A DNA stretch of 64,000 bases, from the NCBI GenBank assembly GCA_011109175.1, contig RDEW01000011.1, forward strand, positions 1,364,240 through 1,428,239. The letters run 5' to 3'. Under the pieces are notes generated by a model that saw only the letters and a program-made list of their open reading frames with translations, did not search any database and was not told the origin of the DNA. This stretch comes from Dicyema japonicum. Its lineage: Eukaryota; Animalia; Dicyemida. Below are positions 53,310-64,000 of the stretch, in pieces. The number at the start of each line of letters is the position of its first letter. The first letter of the stretch is position 1. A program made the position numbers and the translations under genes.

Positions 53310-54415
53310 ATGTCACAGCACTAATATACAACACACCCATAAATAGAAACACAATTCCAACAATGGAGAAGTTGGCCCACATCCCCCAGTACAGAATCCT
53401 GGAAAACCTAAAGAGTCCCTTTCATTTTATCGACCAATATTCAATATCAACGTCAACAGAAAAGTCCTCGATCTCTCTTTTTACACCAAATAGAAGGCTA
53501 TCATGTTATTCCGCAAACTATTCTTGAATGGTGAACTAATCCCACACAAGAATCAAGCTGAGATTCTGGGAGTAACATTTGACACCCTCATGACCTTCAG
53601 CACTCATGTGTCAAACGTATTCAGTGTTTCGGCATGAAAGCTTAACTTTGTGAAAGTGCTCGTCCCAAATCTTCATAACCGGTCATTATCCACGTTGTAC
53701 ACCCATCGAGCAAACTATAAGTTATGGATGTGCAGCTTGGGGAACAAAACTTGCCAAAAAACATGGATGAGACCAACTCCGCTCAATCCAATATGACCGA
53801 ACAATCTCTCGAATAACAGGACTACCAATAAGGGCAACCCCATTTGAGGTCCTTGTGAGGAAGTCGGGCGACATATTCACCCAAAATGGAAAACCACCAG
53901 AAAACGGTGCTATCTAAAATTTGTCGATTCCACAAACAGACGTTCCTTCCTTGTATTAATAATTTATGACTGTTTGTGCTGGGCTTACCAAAGATTGTTA
54001 GCCTGGGAATAATAACATCCGAGAATCATTAACTAATTCCTTTATTCCTTAAGACAAGCTTATACGAGTTACCCAAGGAATACTCGATTATTATTATTCG
54101 ATGATAATGAAATACTACACCCACCCCCTCCTCCGATAGACCAATCAGAATCCTCTCTTCTGAGAGACGTCTGGGTAAACCTGACTCGTCTACAATGTGG
54201 GCACCCTCTCTACCGACGTACGATATCCTCTGTCCCTCTTGTAACCTCTATGAGTTGACAACAAACCAATTATTTGAATGTCATGAATTAGCACAACGTT
54301 CGTCTACAATACCGGGACTGACCGATCTATGAGATTGATCGGCATCTATTGCATCCTATTTAATAGCTGCTGCCCTCCTACAACTTAGTGAGGCAGGGGT
54401 TACTTAACTAACTAT
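53310..54415 (+). mobile_element. Two LINE 3' fragments (RT thumb; C-terminal zinc-finger region and 3' end)
   Basis: EILGVTFDTLMTF, YGCAAWG; PPPPID..LTRLQCGH..CPSC..QLFEC; end CCTACAACTTAGTGAGGCAGGGGTTA. Confidence 0.65.
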
Positions 54416-55701
54416 ACGAGTTACTTCAATTTTGACCAAATGGGATTCGATTCCAGACATTGTTGCATCCAATGTTTCCTTATTTCTGAAAGTTCCCATG
54501 TCCTATTTCTTATGAGTTCATCAAGAAAGGGGAGGAAAGGTTATAACCACATGTGATGGTGACACCAGCTCAACACTCCGACCTATTGGAAACTTTAATA
54601 TTACTTGAAGATTTAGAGATTTCGAAGGAATAACAAATTAATGATTTCTTAATTGAAATTAGCAAACATTGAAGATTTAGATATTTTGAGGGAATAACAA
54701 ATTAATGATTTTTTAATTGAAATTAGCAAACATTGAATTTTCTCTACCATCCTTTATTTTCAAGTGAAATTTTTAAAGAACCTCGTCTTCCCTTAAAAGT
54801 GCACTTATTTGAACCATCCACATTATGAGTCTCTTCAAAATGTCATTATCAGTGATTAAATGAATTTTTACTAATCAAGTAGACCTGGGGGACAGTTGGA
54901 ATGCCATTGGTCATTCCCCGAAGGTCTGGATTTCTCTTGGAGTCTTACGTCACCCGTCAATACCTTCAGGAGATTTGAGCCACCCAATGATTTTGGCTAT
55001 GAAGGCAGCATTTAAACGGAAGGCCACTACTTCTCCCTCTCAATATAAGTTTACTTTCAAGTGGAGTGTGATAATTTGAGGGTGTCTTTATGCTTCCACC
55101 ATAATTTATCTTTCCAATTCACTTGCTGGCTCATTGAGCCATTTCCTGGCAATCATCAGCGGAAATACGAGAGCAGCCAGCAGTTACTTTTTTGCTAAAT
55201 AAAGTTCCCCTTGCTTCTGTTGTATTAATTCAGACTTTTCAAAAATCGAAAAATCGTTAGAACTTAATTACATAATAAAAATCAATAAAACACAAAATCT
55301 TATTTCAAAAGACCAAAAATTAATGAAAAAATGAGGGACTTTATTGCTTTGGATTCTGAGGAGTCCGAAGTTCATCCTCCGAATGGGCAAATTTGCACCT
55401 GTCACCAAATCTACAGTGATTGTGTAACAATATGTAGTCACATAACCTAGTTTTATAATTCCTAGGTTCTTTCTTCTTTTTTGGAGAATCCGTAGAGTTC
55501 TCCTCTTTTTTTGGAACTTTGTTTTTTTGGAATATCTTGACTTTTGTATAGTGAAACTGATCATTACCTCACAAATACTTGGCGCTAACTATTTAAGCAA
55601 ATATATAACCGTAGGTAACGGCAAACGAAAATTAATCGAATTTTCAATGTAACAATGAAATTTGATAATTAGAAAAGCGTCTCGTTTTATTAACCCACGT
55701 G

Positions 55702-55917
55702 CTAATTCTCTTTCAAGTAATGGAGCCGAGTTGTTTGGGGTGGTGACGTACCTCCACGCATGAAATCACTTTTCTTCATGATGGATGAAAGCTCCCTTCT
55801 CGTAAACATGGACGAGGTGACGGATTCAGGAGACATTGGAAACCTGAGTTCAGTAAGAAGTGTCTGATGTTCAAAGTATTTTTTTTCAAATTCCGCCCCA
55901 CTTTGAAAATCAGCCAT
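55702..55917 (-). CDS. Hypothetical 71-aa ORF (possibly one exon of an unknown gene)
   Basis: ATG-initiated open frame; no family recognised; flanked by a 43-bp direct repeat. Confidence 0.3.
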   Translation of the reverse strand: MADFQSGAEFEKKYFEHQTLLTELRFPMSPESVTSSMFTRRELSSIMKKSDFMRGGTSPPQTTRLHYLKEN

Positions 55918-56554
55918 GTTTGTAAGAATTAACTTCTGATAGCCGCGAGATTACAGTGAAGGGATCGGGGGTAAATAGAGAATTAACTGTAATTAAGAGA
56001 GGTTACTACTCAATAAAACTTAATTTTGAGTAGTATGGCAGACTGGAGTAAATTAGTGCCATTTTATTGATTTAATCACAGTAAATCACAGTAAAACCTC
56101 TGGAATCCACCACTTTGAGGGAGTCCCAAAATGTGGGAGACTGAAGGAATTGATAAATAATTAATAATTAGAAAAGTAAATAATTAGAATAGCATCTCGT
56201 TTTATTAATCCACGTGTTAATTAAACCACGTGCTATCAAACATAAACCACCAGAATTGGACCGCTATTTTTAGTAGATTATTCGCCAAAATTCCCTCCTC
56301 ATACTGCTTAACAAAAATAAATAATCAGTTGTCGTCTTAGTGGATTTTTTAATTCGTGCTATCGCATATTTCCTCGTGGATTTGTTAATTTCGTGTTTTT
56401 TTCTAAAAACATACTGTGGCTTTACGTATTCGTTGCTATTGGATCATTTAGTACCTCAAACATGTCACTATTAGTTAGTTTCTCCAAACCGACGTCTTCC
56501 AAGCCTCCAGTCACAATTGTTGAGAGCTCCAGTAAATCCCTGAAGACATGAAGT

Positions 56555-59200
56555 TATTAACCCGACCTTGCTATCTTGTAGGAGTTATGTATTGTCTTTG
56601 ATTTGGTTTTATCTGAAGGAGGNTCGGTCCACAAAACAGGTGCGTTATGGTATGGATTATCTTTCTTTAGTTTTTTGTTAAGTCAGGAAGTGGCAAGGGT
56701 GGTCTGGTTCCGTGGTTTCATTAAAGAATTGAAGATTCCTCATGCGAAGATTATCTTCCACTGGGAGAATAGTGGGTTTCCAGTGGAGGTGGTCGGACGA
56801 TGTGATTTTGTTGCATCCAATAATTGTTCGAAAAGCACCTTTTGGACTCTGAAGTTTTTTGAATGTTGCAAGCTGCGATTCCTCATGCGAAGATTATCTT
56901 CCACTGGGAGAATAGTGGGTTTCCAGTGGAGGTGGTCGGACGATGTGATTTTGTTGCATCCAATAATTGTTCGAAAAGCACCTTTTGGACTCTGAAGTTT
57001 TTTGAATGTTGCAAGCTGCATAGTTCAAAGTGTTCCCGATAAATTGTTTGTAGATTGTTCTGAGGGTTGCTTTGTCCTGGCCAAGGATGGATCCAGCCAC
57101 CGTAAGTAAAGCGTTCCTTTTATTATTTGCTTTTGTAACTACGTGGTGCACGTGTGAGGAGAATTTGAGTCATTGGCTGTAGATAACTCGAAGTTTTGAG
57201 ATAGGGAAGAATTTTCCGATGATTGTCAGTTCTGGTTTTGAGTTTAGCTGGCCTCAGTCAGAGGTGAATATAATGACGCTGTACTTGGAGGGGGAGATGT
57301 GGTTCGTAAATAACCAGGACTCTAGAGAATCCAGGTTTGTTTGGAGACGATTGAAGCGGAAGTAATATTTTTATCCCCGGCCGCGAGGATCAAGTCGTTC
57401 GCGTAGGATNATGATTTTCAGTTCTGGTTTTGAGTTTAGCTGGCCTCAGTCAGAGGTGAATATAATGACGCTGTACTTGGAGGGGGAGATGTGGTTGGTA
57501 AATAACCAGGACTCTAGAGAATCCAGGTTTGTTTGTAGACGATTGAAGCGGAAGTAATATTTTTATCCCCGGCCGCGAGGATCAAGTCGTTCGCGTAGGA
57601 TAGTACCATCGTATATTCCAGATCTGGTATGCTACTCAAGTGGAAGTCAAACAAATCCGGAGAGAGGGAAGAGCATTGTGGGACTCCGTTTGGGAGGAGA
57701 GATTTCTTTGACATAAACAAGGTACGTTCCAATCAAAAAAATGATTTTGAATGAATGGGGGAATACTCGTTGTGGTTATCTTGTTGGAAACAATGTGCAG
57801 GGAGGTCCTGTCGAAGGTCTTGGAAATGTCAATTGAGGCAAGAACTGTGTGGAGTGGCGGTTTATGATTATTGAATTCATCCGCAATATAGTTAACTTGG
57901 TTAGGTGGGTTGAGGTTGAATGCCAAAAAATCGTGCGGGGAGTTGGAAAGATTTAGGTGAGGGTATATACAGTTGATAATGTATCCCTCGAAGATTTTTG
58001 ATTGGTCATGGGGGTCCTTCTAGGTTTGAGAGTTGGGATTATTGTGGATTTTTTCCAGACCATATACACAAATCCGAATTTAAAGACGCTCGGTACATGT
58101 CTGTAAAGGGTCACTGTCCATTTTTTGAGATGATATATGTATATTCTGTCTGGCCCATTTGCAGGAAAGTTTTTTGCATTCATTATCAAAGAACGTATAC
58201 CCAACCAGTCTACTTTGATTGGTGGTAGTACTCGGTGACTAAGGAAATTCACGATTTATCCATATTGATCTGACAAAAATTGCTGTAATGGGTCATTAGG
58301 TCGTCTGTTTGTGACATTTGTTTGTTCCAGATTCGTGGGAATTTGTCTAGCGTCTTTCCAGTGTTCTAAAATTCGGTAGGCTTGTCCGATAGTCCAGACG
58401 TAAGACAAACTCTTCCACCTTGACCTTTTATTTTGAAGGATGTGGTCGGAGATCATCCTGTTAATGCTGAGTAGTCTGCAGGGTGAGTTTATGTCCTTGA
58501 CGCCACTCCTTTTTATAGCAAGCCTTTCTTTTATGAGGCCAATAATCTCCTTGGTGAAGAGTGGTTTGCCGCATGGAATCCCTTGGGTACGTATTTTTGG
58601 TCTTCTATGAGTGTGTATTTGTTGAAATATTCAACCATAGAGGATTCCTGGCATTAAAATCCCCGAACACGATTATGTTTTTCAGAGACGAGAACCAAGA
58701 AAGGTCAGGTCGATATCCTTTTGAGCAATTGGAGGAGAGGGAATATATACGTTGATGTTGATTGTTATTCCTGGCATTAAAGTCCCCGAACACGATTATG
58801 TTTTTCAGAGACGAGAACCAAGAAAGGTCAGGTCGATATCCTTTTGATCAATTGGAGGAGAGGGAATATATACGTTGATGTTGATTGTTATCAGCAATGA
58901 GATCAAAGGCCATCAGGTAAAAATGTGATTCTTGTCAATACTGGCGGCGTGGGTTGTGTCCATTCTATTTTGTCTCGACTGAATTCCACATAAAGTACCT
59001 CGGAAATCCTTTAGGTTAATTTTGGTGATGAAATTTTTCCATCGATCCAATTTTCTTTTGTTGATTTTAACTCTGTAATTTCACTAATAAGGTGGATAGT
59101 TTGGTCGTAGGAATTCTTTATTTTTTGAATCGGCGTCTTGTATGAATACGATAATTTCCTTAGAGAAATGGATTATAGTCTGCAATGATTCGTCCATGCA
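56555..59200 (-). mobile_element. APE-RT LINE, degenerate, with internal tandem duplications
   Basis: FGDFNARN, ANGPDRI, SIDISKTFD, NGVPQCSSLSP, SYANDL, TLRTIYKQFI. Confidence 0.8.
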
Positions 59201-62200
59201 GGAAGTGCGTCGGCACTTGGGAGCAACACCGAGGAAAGATGAGGTGGCTGCTCAAGGGAGGTGGGATCACCTGACGGCCCCTACTTTCCTTAGTTTTTGT
59301 CGGTGATTTTTGGTATTTATATTAAATTAAAAATTAAATGATTCTTCTTGGAATGTGTTTCACTGATAACCTTATTAAAAAATTTCACCGCGGCATTTGA
59401 AATTCTCAACGGAAAAATTCGGATAGCAATTTTTTCCATTTCTTTGCGAAATGAATCCAATTTTGCACGTTTGTAATTGATTATGGTATTCCGATGCCTA
59501 ACAAAAGGCGAGAGTACTTCGATTGAGAGAAGAATTGGTTATGGTCAGAGTGGAGGTAATATATAACTTTCCCGGATATCCCGTGCGACTCAACGATCTA
59601 AAGGAGCTACTACTGTCAAACATTTTGAAGAGGAGATCAAGACAGTTTCCACGTCTACAGAAAATAAAAACAAGTCTATTCCTCACGATCTTCCAGCTTT
59701 TGAATACTCTGGAAATGTGTTTGTACATCTCTGTTACATCGAGTATGGGAGCCATCTAAATTTATAATGTGATGTACTCGTTCGACTTGACGGGGTCTAT
59801 CAGATTGAGCCACAAAGCCTCGAATTCAGAAAAGTGGAGGACAAAAGGAACTTTTGTGAATANAAGAGGAGATCAAGACAGTTTCCACGTCTACAGAAAA
59901 TGAAAACAAGTCTATTCCTCACGATCCTCCAGCTTTTGAATACTCTGGAAATGTGTTTATACATCTCTGTTACATCGAGTATGGGAGCCATCTAAATTTC
60001 TACTGTACTCGTTCGACTTGACAGGGTCTATCAGATTGAGCCACAAAGCCTCGAATTCAGAAAGGAGGAGGACAAAAGGAACTTTTGTGAATATGTGAAT
60101 GCTATTTCACCTTTTGGTCTTGGAAACCATTGCTTCAGTGAAATCCGAGTGAGACCGTCTGAAATTGTGTTGAAGAACCTGCCCTTTTGGGTTGATGATA
60201 ACGACTTTCATGAAGTTGTCAAGAAATTAGCTTCCTCTATCACGAGCAAATGCAGTTTCTACAGGAGAGATAGGAGACTCCCTCTTGCAAAGGATCTAGT
60301 TGAATAAAGGGAGGATGCTATATCGCTTGTCCGTATTGGTTTCAACGTTACCCACGTACCAATTACATGTGAATGGTACAGGCCCACCTAGGTATTTCAA
60401 CTGCTAACGCTATGACACATATGCTNTGGATCAAGGAAGGAGTCTACATCGCTTGTCCGTCTTGGTTTCAACATTGTCCACGTACCAATTACATGTGAAT
60501 GATACAGGCCCACCGAGGTATTTCAACTGCTAACGCTATGACACATATGCTCCTTCTGTAAGAAGACAAGATGTCTCCGTGCGCAGAAGAACACGACCTG
60601 ACTGCTTGTGAAGAGACTCCTGGGAACACAATGAATTGCATAAATTGTGACTCGTCCTCACATTGTGCCAGATATGATGGATGCCCAGCGACCTTAGCTT
60701 TTAATAGCAAGGTCACCCAAATGTTTGAAGCAAAGACTAAAAATAGTGCTAGTGAATTCCCGATCCATAGGGAAAAGGCATAATAAAATAGCACTACTTG
60801 CGAGGGTTTCCAAGATCGATATCTTTGTGGTCAATGAGACGAAATTAAAGAAAGAGAAGAGTAATATAATGACTAGATACAATTCCGTAGACATTTTATG
60901 GAAGGCTGGAGCATTTGCTAGTACGGGAACATTTATTTTCTATCGGGACTGCCTCCGAATTCGCAATCCAAAAGTCGTTTGTGATGTATTGCGTGAATTT
61001 GTAAGCAGGACGTTTGTTGCGACGGAGTATGGATTAGTGTTGGAGGTCTATACTATAAGATTCTTGAGACTTGTTCTACTGATATCTCTGAGTTCTACAA
61101 CAAGAATCCCTATGTCGTTTGTGATGTATTGCGTGAATTTGTAAGCAGGACGTTTGTTGCGACGGAGTATGGATTAGTGTTGGAGGTCTATACTATAAGA
61201 TTCTTGAGACTTGTTCTACTGATATCTCTGAGTTCTACAACAAGAATCCCCATACTATTTTAATTGGCAATCATAATTCCAAGAATACTAGTTATGGTTG
61301 TTGAAATACAAATCAAGATGGAAGACGTTTACAATTATTGTCTGATTCATGTGGCTTTGTGATCCTTACATCGGATGACCCAAATCATTTTTCTTATCAT
61401 GGTGGGGACAAATTCGGCGTATTCCTAGTATCGCCAGCTCTATCTGTCTATGTGGGAAAGCCAAAAACTCTATGGGATATCGGGAGCGACCATATTCCAC
61501 AAGAATTGGTTACTAGTATGAGGCCTGATGTTATAAAAGATGTTTTCTTGAGGTTCAACATATTTCATTTGGATTGGGTCCACTATAGGGTCTTCATATC
61601 CAATAATTTGTGTTCTACTGAGAGAGTTTTGAACCATAGAAGATATCAATACTGCAAGTCGAGAGGTAACAAAATTCATGCAGTCATATCTTAACCTATA
61701 TGCTCCGAAGGTTTTCTTAAAGAATAATTATTATTTTGAGTATTATGAGACTTATTCGCTAAAGGAATCTCCTAAAAGCAAGTTAAGGGGTTGTGTCGAC
61801 AAAATAGACGAGGAATTCATATCTGGATGATGAAGGAGGCAATCAGCAGTATATGGAAGGAGGAAACTGACCGTATATGGAAGGCTGAAACAGCGAAAAT
61901 TGATATGAAGAATCCCTTTTTATGGAAATGCCATCAGAAGATAATGTGTCCAAAGTCGGGAGCAGAAAAAATATATTGAATAAACCAGACCGAGGAAACA
62001 CCTTCGATACTCAGGGATCAGCTCCAAAAAATTCAGGGTGTGGATCCGTTGAGTTTGATCCCTGATGACAAAAAGAAGATGTCTGCTGATCTATTTAAAC
62101 ACTCCGACGAGAAACTGCCTATTGCTGATAGCACTGTCAGCGTCTTGAATTGGTGACGGCTATCAAGGAATACAACGTCAATGCTCAGGATATGACCACA

Positions 62201-63465
62201 TATCAATGAAACTTATCAAAGAGGGTCAGGATAATTTATTTGACTATCTGCGATGTCTTTATGATGGATGTTTACCACCCCCCTTTAATATGGAAGAAAG
62301 CTGTTATGAGGATGATTTTAAAACCAAGGAAGCCAAAGAGAGATCAGCATGTGTTCCAAGATACCTATTTGTTTGGCTAAGAAATTATCTTCGGGAAAGA
62401 CAATCTTTTGTGAAGGTGTGTGGAAATATATCCGATGCAATATTATTCAAGAGAGGAGTACCACAAGGTTCGGTATTGAGCCCTATTTTGTTTAATATAT
62501 TCATGGCGAGTTTTCCACGTCCGATGAATATTAATACTAGTCTTCTTATTTATGCGGATGACGTAATCGTGGTGGACACATCTCTAAAATCTTCTATATC
62601 TGAAGGAAGAATCCGGGAGTGTGTTGACCAGATTGAACATTGGTGCAACCTGAGAGGGTTAAAGTTCTCTGCTGAAAATCTTGTGCACTCCGAATAAGCA
62701 ATGTGAAAAAGCACCTAAAACAAGAATAGACACTGGGAGTAAACAATGCACACAGTCTGCGCTACCTGGGGGTCGACTATGGAAACGCAGGAGATTACAT
62801 AGACGACATAAAGGGGAGGAGAAAGANCTATGTCACAGGCGTTGAGCGATACCGAGCGCTACGTAATGCTCGATTTTAAAAATTCAAAGATTTTTTGTAA
62901 GAGAGTTGAGATTTTCTTGAGGGATAGAAGGGATCCAAGAAAAATGATGTTGTCGTTCGAGCATGCCACGTTAATAATCTCTCATTCGGAGGGTTTTGAC
63001 TCTGGTTTGATTTTCGAAATGATAGAGAGGGTGGCCTTGACCTCAGTCGTCAGTTTTCCAAACTCTTACAATAGTGGCATCGTATAGATACCAGACGTTA
63101 AGCGGTGCTCAGATTGCTGAAGCAGAGGAGTTGATCCCCAAGACTATTATCGAATGAGATCTTTTTGTTGCACATCGGTTCTGGATTTGAGAGTGTGCTG
63201 GACAAGATCGGTGTGTATGGTAGATTATACAAAATTCTGCTGATTTGTGAAATCCTGGAGAGGCTAGCTTCGATTAAAAAATTTCAACAAATGCTATTGT
63301 TCAAGACTATTATTGAATGAGATCTTTTTGTTGCACATCGGTTCTGGATTTGAGAGTGTGCTGGACAAGATCGGTGTGTATGGTAGATTATACAAAATTC
63401 TGCTGATTTGTGAAATCCTGGAGAGGCTAGCTTTGATTAAAAAATTTCAACAAATGCTGTTGTTC
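56738..63465. repeat. Series of near-perfect local tandem duplications of ~105-235 bp, several next to a single N
   Basis: Approximate copy starts: 56738/56880, 57226/57418, 58650/58770, 59628/59866, 60320/60447, 60975/61114, 63140/63303. Confidence 0.85.
59450..62830 (+). mobile_element. Two-ORF LINE (CCHC ORF1, APE-RT), same family as 7650-11150
   Basis: PFGLGNHCF..RPSEIVLKNLPFWV, CINCDSSSH, LKIVLVNSRSI, IGSDHIP, GVPQGSVLSPILFNIFM, IYADD. Confidence 0.85.
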
Positions 63466-64000
63466 AGAAGTCCAGCTTCACTACGAAATCTTCCTTCGCG
63501 TATGATGGGCTGACTATGAGACTGCGGACTGAATTACTAGCGACCTTGCATCGGTGCGGAATCTCAACCTCTATCTGAGTTTGATTCAGCTTAGGGGTTG
63601 GGAAATCACTGGTTGTTTTGCAACAATTTTGGACGATAGAAGTCTGAGTATGTTTCCAATAGCAATAGGATCCCAAGGCTTTTTGAAGGCTAACAATTGA
63701 CGCAAGCAATAGTTGGAAATTTCAGTTAGACAAATGTAGCCAATGAGAACCATCATAGAGTTGGTTAATGTGTCCCCCGCATCGGAAGCGGCAACAGAAG
63801 TAAAATCTTTTACATGACGTAGGCTGTTTAGGCCTGCACTACTGCTTCCCGTGAAAGATGAAATAGCCGATCTTATGTCATCGGTGGTGAGAAACAAGTG
63901 TGACACGTCTGTCCTATTTTTGTTGTGCGTAGGTCGTATGGAGTTGGCAAAGCGTCGAGCATAAGTGGAAGCACCTTGTCATTACTGGAGACTGTCCGTA
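63000..64000 (-). mobile_element. CRE-like RT fragment running off the window edge
   Basis: IRSAISSF..SSAGLNSLRH, PIAIGNILRLL, VVKLDF. Confidence 0.65.

Noticed and set aside
59195-59285. GC-rich double hairpin at the 5' side of the minus-strand LINE
   Set aside because: Only simple hairpins; the HDV topology is not satisfied, and it may be a LINE 3' remnant (GGGATCACCT)
56738-63465. Regular tandem duplications suggesting a duplication mechanism or an array
   Set aside because: Near-identical copies, several next to single Ns, are typical of overlapping contig ends joined in scaffolding; there is no repeat-spacer structure, so not CRISPR

Overview
This is an AT-rich eukaryotic (metazoan) genomic window, not prokaryotic. 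Compact host genes sit as islands in a matrix of decayed, often nested transposons. The host genes can be rebuilt by hand only by removing very small GT-AG introns, nearly all 21-29 nt. They are XRCC2, a DNAJB9-like J-protein, CAPZB, RUVBL1, PAX6 (paired domain plus S50 homeodomain), an atypical cytochrome c, DDX27/DRS1 and a degraded double C-type-lectin gene. True Pax6 together with ~23-nt introns fits a highly reduced bilaterian such as a dicyemid mesozoan; this is inference and has not been verified. Mobile DNA includes APE-RT LINEs (two with 2A-like peptides), CRE-like RLE retroelements, RTE-like elements, tRNA-headed SINEs, Tigger/pogo, Tc1 and hAT/Buster. The most notable observations are: a cytochrome c with intact CxxCH but Lys at the Met80 ligand position plus a C-terminal IPAEKMF repeat of the ligand loop; a Buster-type transposase carrying four host-style tiny introns; a several-fold excess of CACGTG concentrated in host genes; and tiny introns with almost no splice consensus. 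Homopolymer frameshifts in essential genes and N-joined tandem duplications at 56-64 kb point to consensus or assembly errors. All identifications come from motif recognition by eye; no searches were run.
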